The position numbers were made by a program, and so were the translations under genes. Of a DNA stretch of 32,000 nucleotides, positions 19,586-28,555 are shown one piece after another. Position 1 is the stretch's first letter; the number at the start of each line of letters is the position of its first letter. Below the pieces are notes generated by a model. That model was not told where the DNA came from. It saw only the letters and a list, made by a program, of their open reading frames with translations, and did no database searches. The stretch lies in contig NZ_CP011034.1 in assembly GCF_001465295.1 (NCBI RefSeq), positions 1,860,001 through 1,892,000 of the forward strand, in the 5' to 3' direction. This DNA comes from Pseudoalteromonas translucida KMM 520 (GTDB lineage Bacteria; Pseudomonadota; Gammaproteobacteria; Enterobacterales; Alteromonadaceae).

Positions 19586-21811
19586 TCAATCTTTAATAAA
19601 CCAATAACTTTCACGCTCTCTGGCCGTTTCAACATGCAGATTAGTACTATAAAATTTAATTCTAATTTGTCCTTGCTGCCCGGTAATATATTGCGCAGCG
19701 CCAATTTTATTAAACCGCGCAACCACTTCATCATTAGGAAAGTGCCATTGTCCTTTGTAAGCACTCGAATGCACCACAACTTTAGGGTTAACAGCCGCAA
19801 TAAACTCACTACTTGATGAAGTAGCGCTACCATGATGCGGGCTTATTAATACATTGCTTGCTAAATTATATCCTGCGGCAATCAGTGCACGCTCTCGTTG
19901 CTTAGAAATATCACCGGTAAAAAGTACACTGTGTTGCGCGCTACTAATTTTAACTACGCAGGAGTCATCGTTGTTATTGTTAAAAGTAATTGAACTAAAC
20001 GTTTGTATTTTTAGCCCATAAAAATCCACAGTCTTGGGTTTGCATAAACTCGGTATACCATTTGGATGAAAAGCACTGAGAGTCGATTCAAACCCTGCCT
20101 CAATAAAATGTTTAATACCTCCTGCGTGGTCGTTATCTTGATGGCTTAAAATAGCGGTAGCAACATTCAGGTTATTAGCTTTTATATACGGCAGTAAAAT
20201 ACTACGTGTACGGCTAAAACGGTTAAAATAGCTAGGTCCAAAATCATAAATTAATGCATTGTTATCTTTTTCTAACAGCACCATCAAACCATGCCCAACA
20301 TCAAATATGTTTACTTGCCAATCACTTTTGGGAGTAAAGTAACTATCTACCAGTAATACACTTAACGGGATACAAGCAAGCCATTTAAATTTCACTAAAT
20401 ACAGGAGTAGCATAGTTATATAACTAAAAAGTACTATATCTATTGTAATTGTGCCCACATTTAACCAACGCCAGCCTGGCGGTATTGCCATTAATTGTTG
20501 ATACAAAAAATACAATACGGGGTCAAATAACGACACTATCACGCTCATATCAATAACACTGCTCAATACCGCAACCACTAATAATAATGGCATAATGATA
20601 AAGGCGAGCAACGGAATAGCGATTAAGTTCAAAACTAACCCAGCCAAACTCACACCATTAAAAAAGTATAACGACAAAGGCAATAAACCTATAAATAGCG
20701 CCCCTTGTATAGCACATAACATACCTACTTTAGCGATAACAGAAGCCCCCTTAAAGGGTACCTTTGTAATAATAGTAAAAATGATAACCACAGCTAAAAA
20801 TGAAAAATACAAACCTGGATTTAATACATTAAAAGGGTTAATCATTAAAACTAAAACCAAGGCGTATAAAATACTGCGCCAACGTAGCGATTGTTTAGCT
20901 AGGTAATACAATAATAAGTAGCACCCTAACATTATTAAAGCCCGGGTCGCAGAGACAATAAAATCGCTTAAATATACATAAACAAATGCCGCTATAAAGC
21001 CCATTAAGCTATAACAAGTTGCTAGGTTAATTGTTTGTTTTATTCTAATTCTGGTGCGGCTTACAAATGACCGTGTTACAAAAAAAGCAAAGCCAAATAC
21101 TAACGAAATATGCAACCCAGAAATTGCCAGTAAGTGGCTTAACCCCAACGTTTGCATGGTCAGCTTTTGTTCAAAGTTCATCAAGGACTTGTCGCCCGTC
21201 AGCAGCGTATAATAAAGCCAGTTAAGCTTAGATTCTTTAAATATGTGTTTAATATAGTGGCGATAAGTTATAACGTGTTGGTTTCTTTTTGTATCAGTAA
21301 TAATTAAATTTTTATTGAGTACTTTGCCTTTAAAAAATATTTTTTGTGTAAATGCATAAAGTTGATTGTCGAAAACAGTAAAATTTTTTGTGCTTCTAAA
21401 GTTTTTTAAATGCGCGTGAGCACTGAAGGTTGCGCCTACTTCTAATATTTGCGCTGAATCAACACTTAACATAGCGCTAGGGGCAGTAAAGTAAGCGTAA
21501 TCTTGCTCATCAAGCTTAAGAATTTTTGCTTTTATATATTGCGGAGCATTAGCTGATACAACGTCTTCAACAACTAACTTTACTGAATATGCATACTTTT
21601 CACCCTGCACTGGTAGCTCAAACGAGTAAAAAAGTGTGAAATGCACTAAGATAGCAAAAATAGCGCAAATAAAGCCTAACAAAACATTTGAAAACGGCTT
21701 AAAATAAGCGCTCGCAATTAGGATTGAAATTGTGATGAGTATAAATTCGAGGGTTTGAAAATAAAATACGGTTGCAATACTTCCGCACACAAATCCAAGA
21801 CTAATCCACAT
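19586..21811 (-). CDS. comEC: DNA internalization-related competence protein ComEC/Rec2 (YcaI)
   Basis: A polytopic membrane core plus a C-terminal metallo-beta-lactamase domain (SHQDNDHAGG). It lies upstream of msbA, as ycaI does in E. coli. The start was chosen at ATG 21811 (MWISLGF..., 741 aa). The ORF track's TTG at 21853 would overlap the divergent DUF2062 gene by 21 nt. Confidence 0.88.
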   Translation of the reverse strand: MWISLGFVCGSIATVFYFQTLEFILITISILIASAYFKPFSNVLLGFICAIFAILVHFTLFYSFELPVQGEKYAYSVKLVVEDVVSANAPQYIKAKILKLDEQDYAYFTAPSAMLSVDSAQILEVGATFSAHAHLKNFRSTKNFTVFDNQLYAFTQKIFFKGKVLNKNLIITDTKRNQHVITYRHYIKHIFKESKLNWLYYTLLTGDKSLMNFEQKLTMQTLGLSHLLAISGLHISLVFGFAFFVTRSFVSRTRIRIKQTINLATCYSLMGFIAAFVYVYLSDFIVSATRALIMLGCYLLLYYLAKQSLRWRSILYALVLVLMINPFNVLNPGLYFSFLAVVIIFTIITKVPFKGASVIAKVGMLCAIQGALFIGLLPLSLYFFNGVSLAGLVLNLIAIPLLAFIIMPLLLVVAVLSSVIDMSVIVSLFDPVLYFLYQQLMAIPPGWRWLNVGTITIDIVLFSYITMLLLYLVKFKWLACIPLSVLLVDSYFTPKSDWQVNIFDVGHGLMVLLEKDNNALIYDFGPSYFNRFSRTRSILLPYIKANNLNVATAILSHQDNDHAGGIKHFIEAGFESTLSAFHPNGIPSLCKPKTVDFYGLKIQTFSSITFNNNNDDSCVVKISSAQHSVLFTGDISKQRERALIAAGYNLASNVLISPHHGSATSSSSEFIAAVNPKVVVHSSAYKGQWHFPNDEVVARFNKIGAAQYITGQQGQIRIKFYSTNLHVETARERESYWFIKD

Positions 21812-21832
21812 TGATGTAAATGGTTGCTTTAA

Positions 21833-22339
21833 ATGGCTAAAAAAACGATCCAACGATTTTTACCCGATCCAAATAAAATTAGGCATCACAAATCACTTAA
21901 AATATTTGGCCGTTTGTTACAAGACGCGAACCTTTGGCATTTAAATCGACGCTCTGCGCGTGGTGCATTTGCTGTCGGGTTATTTTTTGCGTTCATCCCT
22001 GTTCCTTTTCAAATGGTCCTAGCTGCAGCAACCGCTATTGTGTTTAGGGTAAACCTGCCCATTTCAGTAGCCTTAGTGTGGATAACTAATCCCGTTACCA
22101 TGCCACCTATTTTTTACTGCTCTTATCTTATTGGCACCCTAGTACTAAATCAGCCAGAGCAACATTTTTCCTTTGAAGCAAGTTGGCCTTGGTTCATCGA
22201 AAGCTTAACGACTATTGGTCCAGCATTTTTAGTTGGATCATTGGTGTCAGCATCAATTGCCGCTATTATTGGCTATTTTGGAATAGATATTGTTTGGCGG
22301 CGTTCAGTTAGAAAAGCATGGTTAATACGTAACAAGTAG
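21833..22339 (+). CDS. DUF2062-family small inner-membrane protein
   Basis: 168 aa. ...LWHLNRRSARGAFAVGLFFAFIPVPFQMVLAAATAIVFRVNLPISVALVWITNP... is the conserved DUF2062 core as I remember it, with 3-4 predicted TM helices. Confidence 0.8.
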   Translation: MAKKTIQRFLPDPNKIRHHKSLKIFGRLLQDANLWHLNRRSARGAFAVGLFFAFIPVPFQMVLAAATAIVFRVNLPISVALVWITNPVTMPPIFYCSYLIGTLVLNQPEQHFSFEASWPWFIESLTTIGPAFLVGSLVSASIAAIIGYFGIDIVWRRSVRKAWLIRNK

Positions 22340-22363
22340 CCAATAGTTATAATGACTATAGAC

Positions 22364-22398
22364 AAAAAAAGCCCAACTTAACAAGTTTGGGCTTTTTT
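22364..22398. terminator. Bidirectional rho-independent terminator (DUF2062 gene / DUF3466-like gene)
   Basis: aaaaaaaGCCCAA-cttaacaagt-TTGGGCtttttt between convergent stops at 22339 and 22433. Confidence 0.8.
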
Positions 22399-22432
22399 AG
22401 TTTCTCTGCTTAAATTTTCGATTTAAATTCTA

Positions 22433-24172
22433 TTAAAATCTAAATACTCGTCTAAACGCAATCAGTGGTAATAATAATAATCCATACCAAGAGAAGCTTG
22501 CAGAGCGACGCTCATACACTTCAGCATCAGGTGGTGCACAATCCTCTATCGTACCATTAGGTATTGGCGAAAGCTTTACTGCTACAGCAACACTTTCATA
22601 TTCAGTTTTACCATTAATATCGGTTACAACTTCACCTAATGAGTTACGCTTTTCAACGGTTTTAGTGGCCACACCAAATATTTCATTATTTTCGTTGATC
22701 ACTTTAGCTTCACTCATGCTATAGCCATAACTACTTGTACCGTCCATATCGTAACACGGCAGTAAATCATTTAAATTAGTGATTTTATCATCACCTATTT
22801 TATAAATGAACGCTGCTGAGCGACGTGAACTATCAGAAATACCAACCTCACCTTCGCCAACAATATAACCTTGATTATTAATACTGTTACCGTATGAGCT
22901 TGAACTCGTAAAATAGCTATCTGGATAAACTGTAGTACCCGTTGCTATATCATGATAGAAAAACTTATTACGTAAGGCACCATCAACACGTCTTGTGGCA
23001 TAACCTGTCACAATATTATTATCGTTGATTGCTAAAGACTTACCGCCTTGCCAACCGTCAGGTTGATTTATAAATTCAACCGCTTTGCCATCTTTAAAGT
23101 ACACGGGCATGGTTATAATAGTGGTGTCTTTATCATAATAACGCGTGTTTGATACTCCGGCTGCAATACCGTTTTTATTCACCGCAAATGCATTACTAAT
23201 AAATGCAAAGTCAACTTCATCTTCATAAGGAGTAAAGGCTAAACCTAGCACCTCAGTAGACGTGATATTAAATGCGTTATCAAGCGTCCATTTCGTTGCT
23301 TGCTTATTAAATATCCCACGGGTTGTTTGATTATTAATAACTTCAATACAGGTTGAGAATGGCTGATATTTATCATCACAGTTATCAGTAATATTGGTTT
23401 GACGCGTTTGCGGTATACCAAGTGACATATTACCAACAACAATATAACCATCTGCAGTTTTTACAATATCAGAGGCTTGGCTAGTACCACCATATTCACT
23501 AAATTGGGGTACCAAAGGCACTTCCATACCGCTTTCAGATATAATAATGCCGCGTTCTATAAAGTCACGGGTAAACCACGGTTTAGGATCCGTTTCTTCC
23601 TCTATAGTAAACTCTATTTTATCAAAAGGAGCACTGCCCCAACCAACTGTAGTGCCATCTTCTGCAACAGCGTTGTAAAAGTTAGTTACAGAGCGGGTAA
23701 CACCTGGATAATCAGGTGAGTTTATATCAAACAAAGTTTGCTCAACAGCAGCGCCGCTATCATATTTTATTGCTGTTAGTGAGCTTAACTTTTGAAACTG
23801 ATAATTAGCCGACACGTTAGCTAAAAAACGAATCATGAAGCTATGTGCATCTGCATTAGTTGCTACGGCATTGTTTTTTTCTATGTCTTCTAACGTGAAA
23901 GTAATATCTTTATCACTAAGTTCAAATGCTCTAACTTCATTACTGTAAGCGTTTTGAATTAAACTCAGTGAAAAGTCAATATGCTCAATATCTACAGGTA
24001 AATTATATAAGCCATTAGCTATGCCTATAATATGGCCACTTTCACTTACATCGGTAACATAAGAATATTTCGCGCCTTCAAGTGCACCTAATTCTGTTAA
24101 TTGATAAGTCGCACTTAATGCTGAAGTACTCATTGTTGCTAAAATACTGGCAGCGAGTAATTTATATTTCAT
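22433..24172 (-). CDS. Secreted repeat protein, DUF3466-like, with HAF-type repeats and a C-terminal hydrophobic/basic tail
   Basis: 579 aa with the signal peptide MKYKLLAASILATMSTSALSA|T. Contains about seven repeats of the form (I/V)N..G.(I/V)(V/A)G (SESGHIIGIA, EDGTTVGWG, ADGYIVVGN, NKNGIAAGV, NDNNIVTGY, NNQGYIVGE, NENNEIFGV), four Cys, and the tail SFSWYGLLLLPLIAFRRVFRF. It starts 11 nt after the uup stop with an AAGGA SD. The family assignment is from memory, not a search. Confidence 0.75.
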   Translation of the reverse strand: MKYKLLAASILATMSTSALSATYQLTELGALEGAKYSYVTDVSESGHIIGIANGLYNLPVDIEHIDFSLSLIQNAYSNEVRAFELSDKDITFTLEDIEKNNAVATNADAHSFMIRFLANVSANYQFQKLSSLTAIKYDSGAAVEQTLFDINSPDYPGVTRSVTNFYNAVAEDGTTVGWGSAPFDKIEFTIEEETDPKPWFTRDFIERGIIISESGMEVPLVPQFSEYGGTSQASDIVKTADGYIVVGNMSLGIPQTRQTNITDNCDDKYQPFSTCIEVINNQTTRGIFNKQATKWTLDNAFNITSTEVLGLAFTPYEDEVDFAFISNAFAVNKNGIAAGVSNTRYYDKDTTIITMPVYFKDGKAVEFINQPDGWQGGKSLAINDNNIVTGYATRRVDGALRNKFFYHDIATGTTVYPDSYFTSSSSYGNSINNQGYIVGEGEVGISDSSRRSAAFIYKIGDDKITNLNDLLPCYDMDGTSSYGYSMSEAKVINENNEIFGVATKTVEKRNSLGEVVTDINGKTEYESVAVAVKLSPIPNGTIEDCAPPDAEVYERRSASFSWYGLLLLPLIAFRRVFRF

Positions 24173-24183
24173 TTTAGTCCTTA

Positions 24184-26100
24184 CTACTGATTTTTTAATT
24201 CTTCAAGTTCTTCCCAGCGCGAAAACGCGGCCTCAAGGTCTGACTCAAGTTTTGCCAAATGGTTCAATGCCTTAGCCGTTATATCACTGTCTTGCTTAAA
24301 AAAATCAACATCACTAACTATAGCTTGTTGAATTTCAACATCGGCTTCGAGTTGTTCCATTTTATTAGGCAGTTGCTCTAATTCAAGTTTTAATTTGTAA
24401 GAGAGTTTATTACCTTTAGCCTCTGCTTTAACTACTGGCGCAGCAGGTGCTTTTTCAACTTTTTTAGTTGCTTGCTGTGGTTGATTTTTTTGTTGCTCTG
24501 CTAAGTAATTAACATAGGCTTCGTAATCACTGTAGCCGCCAACAATATCAGTAATCTTGCCATTACCTTCAAATGCCCAAACACTAGAACAGGTATTATC
24601 AATAAACTCACGGTCATGGCTTACTATTAATACTGTGCCTTGATACTGGTTAATAATATCTTCCAAAAGCTCTAATGTTTCTATATCCAAATCATTAGTT
24701 GGCTCATCGAGCACTAATATGTTTGACGGTTTTAAAAATAGTTTCGCCAATAACAAGCGGTTTTTTTCACCACCCGAAAGCGCTTTAACTGGCGTACGGG
24801 CACGTGCTGGCGGGAACAAAAAGTCTTGTAAGTAACCTAATACGTGGCGCGAGCGACCACCCATCATTACTTCTTGCTTACCTTCAGCAACGTTGTCTTG
24901 TACTGTTGCTTCTTCGTCTAACTTTTCACGGTATTGGTCAAAATAAGCAAATTCTAAATTAACGCCTTGCTTAGTTTCACCGCTATCTGGGGCTAGGCTA
25001 CCAAACATTAATTTTAATAACGTTGTTTTACCGATACCATTTGGACCAACTAAACCAATACGATCGCCGCGCATAACCAAGGTTGAAAAGTCATCTGCAA
25101 TCACTTTATCTTTAAATGCATGACAAAGATGCTTAGCTTCAAATACCAATTTACCCGAACGATCTGCAGTTTCAATATTAAAGTCTGTTTTACCTACTTG
25201 GTCAACACGTTGTTTACGCTCGTTACGTAGTTGCTTAAGTTCTCGTACGCGCCCTTCATTACGTGTTCTTCGTGCTTTAACACCTTGACGTATCCACGTT
25301 TCTTCTTCGGCTAAACGCTTATCAAATAAAGCATTTTGACTTTCTTCAACTTTTAAGTCGTGGGCTTTTTGCTCTAAATAAGTAGCATAGTCGCCAGGGT
25401 ATGATATTAATTTACCACGGTCTAAATCTAAAATACGCGTTGCAACAGCACGAATAAAGGCACGGTCATGCGATATAAATACAATGCCGCCTTTAAATTC
25501 TTTTAAAAATTGCTCAAGCCACATAACACTTGCCATATCTAAGTGGTTAGTAGGCTCATCGAGTAATAATAAATCTGGCTCACTAACCAGTGCACGAGCA
25601 AGTGCAACCTTACGCAACCAACCACCTGAAAGTGACTCAAGCTTAGCATCAGGTGTTAACTCTAATTGGGTTAAAACCACTTGAATGCGACTATCAAAAC
25701 GCCAGCCATCAACCGCTTCTAATTGGTTTGATAAACGCTCAAGTTTATTTAATAATTTATCGGTACATACGGTTTGTAGCTCTGTACTCACATGATGAAA
25801 ATCAATCAGTAAGTTAGCAATTTCAGGCATACCTTGAGCAACATAATCAAATACAGTGCCACTAGCGCCTTTTGGTGGGTCTTGTTCTAAACGAGAAATT
25901 CTTATACCACCAAGCTGGTTTATTTCACCATCATCTAATAAAACCTCGCCATCGAGGACTTTTAATAACGTTGACTTACCAGCACCATTTCGACCTACAA
26001 CACACACGCGCTCGCCACTTTCAATCACTGCATCTGCTTTATTAAGCAATGCATGAGTACCAAAGGCCAGTTGTGCTTTTAAAATTCTAATTAAATCCAT
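24184..26100 (-). CDS. uup: ABC-F family ATPase Uup
   Basis: 638 aa with two ABC cassettes (GRNGAGKST / LSGGWLRKVALARAL / LLLLDEPTNHLD and GPNGIGKTT / LSGGEKNRLLLAKL / ILVLDEPTNDLD), no TM domain and a C-terminal coiled-coil tail. It shows rlmL-uup synteny as in E. coli. Confidence 0.93.
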   Translation of the reverse strand: MDLIRILKAQLAFGTHALLNKADAVIESGERVCVVGRNGAGKSTLLKVLDGEVLLDDGEINQLGGIRISRLEQDPPKGASGTVFDYVAQGMPEIANLLIDFHHVSTELQTVCTDKLLNKLERLSNQLEAVDGWRFDSRIQVVLTQLELTPDAKLESLSGGWLRKVALARALVSEPDLLLLDEPTNHLDMASVMWLEQFLKEFKGGIVFISHDRAFIRAVATRILDLDRGKLISYPGDYATYLEQKAHDLKVEESQNALFDKRLAEEETWIRQGVKARRTRNEGRVRELKQLRNERKQRVDQVGKTDFNIETADRSGKLVFEAKHLCHAFKDKVIADDFSTLVMRGDRIGLVGPNGIGKTTLLKLMFGSLAPDSGETKQGVNLEFAYFDQYREKLDEEATVQDNVAEGKQEVMMGGRSRHVLGYLQDFLFPPARARTPVKALSGGEKNRLLLAKLFLKPSNILVLDEPTNDLDIETLELLEDIINQYQGTVLIVSHDREFIDNTCSSVWAFEGNGKITDIVGGYSDYEAYVNYLAEQQKNQPQQATKKVEKAPAAPVVKAEAKGNKLSYKLKLELEQLPNKMEQLEADVEIQQAIVSDVDFFKQDSDITAKALNHLAKLESDLEAAFSRWEELEELKNQ

Positions 26101-26115
26101 AATTCTTCTTTGCTC

Positions 26116-26355
26116 TTATTCTGCTTGCGCTAAAAATTCACGCACGTCTAGTGCAGTAAAAGGCCAAAATAACTGTTGGCCTTGCTCACTTTTAAATACC
26201 GGAATACTAACCTGATAATCAGCAATAAGCTGATCATCAGTCATAATATCTACTAGCAATAATTCATTGTGATTATTAAGTAATCCCTTAATTAATTGCT
26301 CAGCTTGTTCACACAAATGACAACCATCTGTGTGATATAAAGTCCACTTAGCCAT
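26116..26355 (-). CDS. Glutaredoxin-like small thiol-disulfide protein (DUF836 type)
   Basis: 79 aa with the CxxC motif in YHTDGCHLCEQA and cis-Pro context IPVF. The ATG overlaps the rlmL stop by 8 nt (ATGGCTAA), and its stop lies 15 nt before the uup ATG. Confidence 0.8.
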   Translation of the reverse strand: MAKWTLYHTDGCHLCEQAEQLIKGLLNNHNELLLVDIMTDDQLIADYQVSIPVFKSEQGQQLFWPFTALDVREFLAQAE

Positions 26356-28465
26356 GGGTAATTAACCAGCTATTATGAATTTTTTTATTACGCTTAAAAT
26401 CAGGTGATAAAGTTTTGTCAGAAATATTAACCGCTTTTAAGCCCAAGCCGATTAAACCCACTTCATCCATAACAAAGCCACGTTTGTTATTAGAAAAAAT
26501 AAGTGTGCCCGACGGGCTTAATATTTTTTTAACCCACGTTAATAACTTAATATGATCGCTCTGCACATCAAATGCATCTTTCATACGCTTAGAGTTTGAA
26601 AACGTCGGTGGATCTAAAAAGATTAAATCGTACTGCGACGTTGCATGCTCTAGCCACTTTAAGCAATCGGCTTGCTCAAAACGGTAGCGAGTATTACTAA
26701 TATTATTTAAATCAAAGTTGTCTTGGCCCCACTTTAAATAGGTTTTTGACAAGTCAACCGTGGTAATTGCTTTAGCGCCACCAAGTGCTGCATGTACTGA
26801 CGCCGTACCTGTGTAGGCAAATAAGTTTAAAAAGCGTTTATCTTTGGCGTTTTCTTGAATATAACGACGCATTAAACGGTGATCTAAAAATAAGCCAGTG
26901 TCTAAGTAATCAAATAAATTCACTTTAAACTTAGCGCCAAACTCTTCAACCACCATGGTGCGGTTTTGTTTAGCCATTGGCGTGTATTGCTCTTCGCCTT
27001 TTTGCTTTTTACGCACTTTTACAGCAATGTTCTCTGGTGCTATTTTAAGTTGTTCAGCCGTTAAGCTGATCACATCTTGCAAGCGTTTTTCAGACGTTTT
27101 TTCATCAATTTCTTTCGGGGCAGCGTATTCAAAAATAACCGCTGAATCACCGTAAATATCTACAGCAACGTTGTACTCAGGAATGTCTGCTTCGTATACA
27201 CGGTATGCTGTAATTTCGTTTTGCTTAAGCCAGTTTTTTAAACCTTGCTTGTTCTTTTTCAATCGATTAGCAAAAGACATTGAACCTTCAAAATTCAGCG
27301 CTTTTTTATCATCGGTTGTCAGGCTTACCTGTTTGTCATCTAGTTGATATAAGTTAAGTTCAACATCTAACGGGCCATTTTTAAATTTATAACGCTTCAG
27401 CCTAACTAACTTTAACAGCTTAAATAAGCTTTCATCCATGCCCAGTAAAGCAAGTTTCCAATGGTTGAAATGCTTTTTAAAGCCCACACCTAAATTACGA
27501 TGTAAATCCACAAGCTCAGCCATAGAACCAATACGCTCACCATAGGGTAAGTTAGATATAACTACGCCAGGTAATTTAGCCACTGCGGTTAGTTTAGTTG
27601 CATCACTTTGTTTAAACTTAATAACATCGTCTAACTCAGCACGTTTTGCGTTATCAATCGCTTTGCCTAATACTTGAGCGTCGTAATCGTGACCAATTAG
27701 CCATAACTTAGGGTCTATAATATTGCCCAGCAATTCTTCTTTTAGCTCTTTAAATTTTGCAGCTCTAAAACTTGGTAAGCGCTCAAATGCAAAGCCTTCG
27801 CGAAATAAGCCTGGGGCTTCGTTGCGCGCCATACCGGCAGCTTCAATTAAAATAGTACCTGCACCACAACATGGGTCAAACAAAGGCTGATTTACATTTT
27901 CAAGCCAGCCGCTGCGTTTGATTAATGCCGCTGCTAAATGCTCTTTTATAGGTGCTTTACCTTGGCCTTGTCGGTAACCACGCTCAGATAAACGCGGGCC
28001 AGAGTAATCTATGTACATAGACACGCCATAACGATTTAAACGCGCAACCACACGCACATTAGCGTCTTGTTTATCAACATTAGGGCGCTGCTCAAATAAG
28101 TCGTTAAAGTAATCAACTATGGCATCTTTTATAACTAAACCAGAAAACTGCGTATTTTTTAATGAGTCGTTGGTACCATTAAAGTCGACAGCAAACGTTT
28201 GTGTAGGCCCAAACCATTCTTGCCATGGTTGTGAGCGAGCAAAGTTATACAGGCTATTTTTGTCATCTACGCCTTCTTTTTCTTCAATAAGCATGAGCAC
28301 GCGCGTAGCAAAGCGAGTTGATAAACACACCTTTTGCGCCAATAATGAGTCTGCCTCAAAGCGAACAGAACCGACAGTTTGCTTAGACACGGTTGCGCCA
28401 AGTTCTGTTAGTTCATCAACCAATAAATTTTCGATTCCGATAGAAGTAAGTGCGATAAATTGCAA
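26348..28465 (-). CDS. rlmL: Bifunctional 23S rRNA m2G2445 / m7G2069 methyltransferase
   Basis: 705 aa with an N-terminal THUMP-like region, a first MTase with NLPYGERIG and a second MTase with FLDPPTFSNSK. It has a TTG start with AAGGG about 9 nt upstream and no in-frame ATG nearby. Confidence 0.93.
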   Translation of the reverse strand: MQFIALTSIGIENLLVDELTELGATVSKQTVGSVRFEADSLLAQKVCLSTRFATRVLMLIEEKEGVDDKNSLYNFARSQPWQEWFGPTQTFAVDFNGTNDSLKNTQFSGLVIKDAIVDYFNDLFEQRPNVDKQDANVRVVARLNRYGVSMYIDYSGPRLSERGYRQGQGKAPIKEHLAAALIKRSGWLENVNQPLFDPCCGAGTILIEAAGMARNEAPGLFREGFAFERLPSFRAAKFKELKEELLGNIIDPKLWLIGHDYDAQVLGKAIDNAKRAELDDVIKFKQSDATKLTAVAKLPGVVISNLPYGERIGSMAELVDLHRNLGVGFKKHFNHWKLALLGMDESLFKLLKLVRLKRYKFKNGPLDVELNLYQLDDKQVSLTTDDKKALNFEGSMSFANRLKKNKQGLKNWLKQNEITAYRVYEADIPEYNVAVDIYGDSAVIFEYAAPKEIDEKTSEKRLQDVISLTAEQLKIAPENIAVKVRKKQKGEEQYTPMAKQNRTMVVEEFGAKFKVNLFDYLDTGLFLDHRLMRRYIQENAKDKRFLNLFAYTGTASVHAALGGAKAITTVDLSKTYLKWGQDNFDLNNISNTRYRFEQADCLKWLEHATSQYDLIFLDPPTFSNSKRMKDAFDVQSDHIKLLTWVKKILSPSGTLIFSNNKRGFVMDEVGLIGLGLKAVNISDKTLSPDFKRNKKIHNSWLITHG

Positions 28466-28496
28466 AGTAGTAACCCTTAATAGCTAATTGCGCAGG

Positions 28497-28505
28497 ATTA
28501 TAACA
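28497..28505 (-). promoter_or_regulatory. Candidate extended -10 element (TGTTATAAT) for the rlmL operon
   Basis: The minus strand reads TGT-TATAAT (hexamer 28502..28497), about 32 nt upstream of the rlmL TTG. The -35 is poor. This is a sequence match only. Confidence 0.3.
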
Positions 28506-28555
28506 TAGGTTTGCATACAAACACGTCATAAAGACAGGCTGAAAATCAAATTAGA

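Noticed and set aside
19586-24172. The AT-richer stretch (comEC, DUF2062, DUF3466-like gene) as a possible horizontally acquired island.
   Set aside because: There are no flanking tRNA, integrase, transposase or direct repeats. comEC-msbA and rlmL-uup synteny are conserved core arrangements. The composition difference is explained by membrane or low-expression genes compared with highly expressed TCA genes.
10154-28465. High frequency of GTG/TTG starts (sdhA, sdhC, kdsB, lpxK, the pseudouridine synthase, rlmL).
   Set aside because: Most sit at overlapping or abutting gene junctions where translational coupling tolerates non-ATG starts. This is a common pattern and not evidence of recoding.
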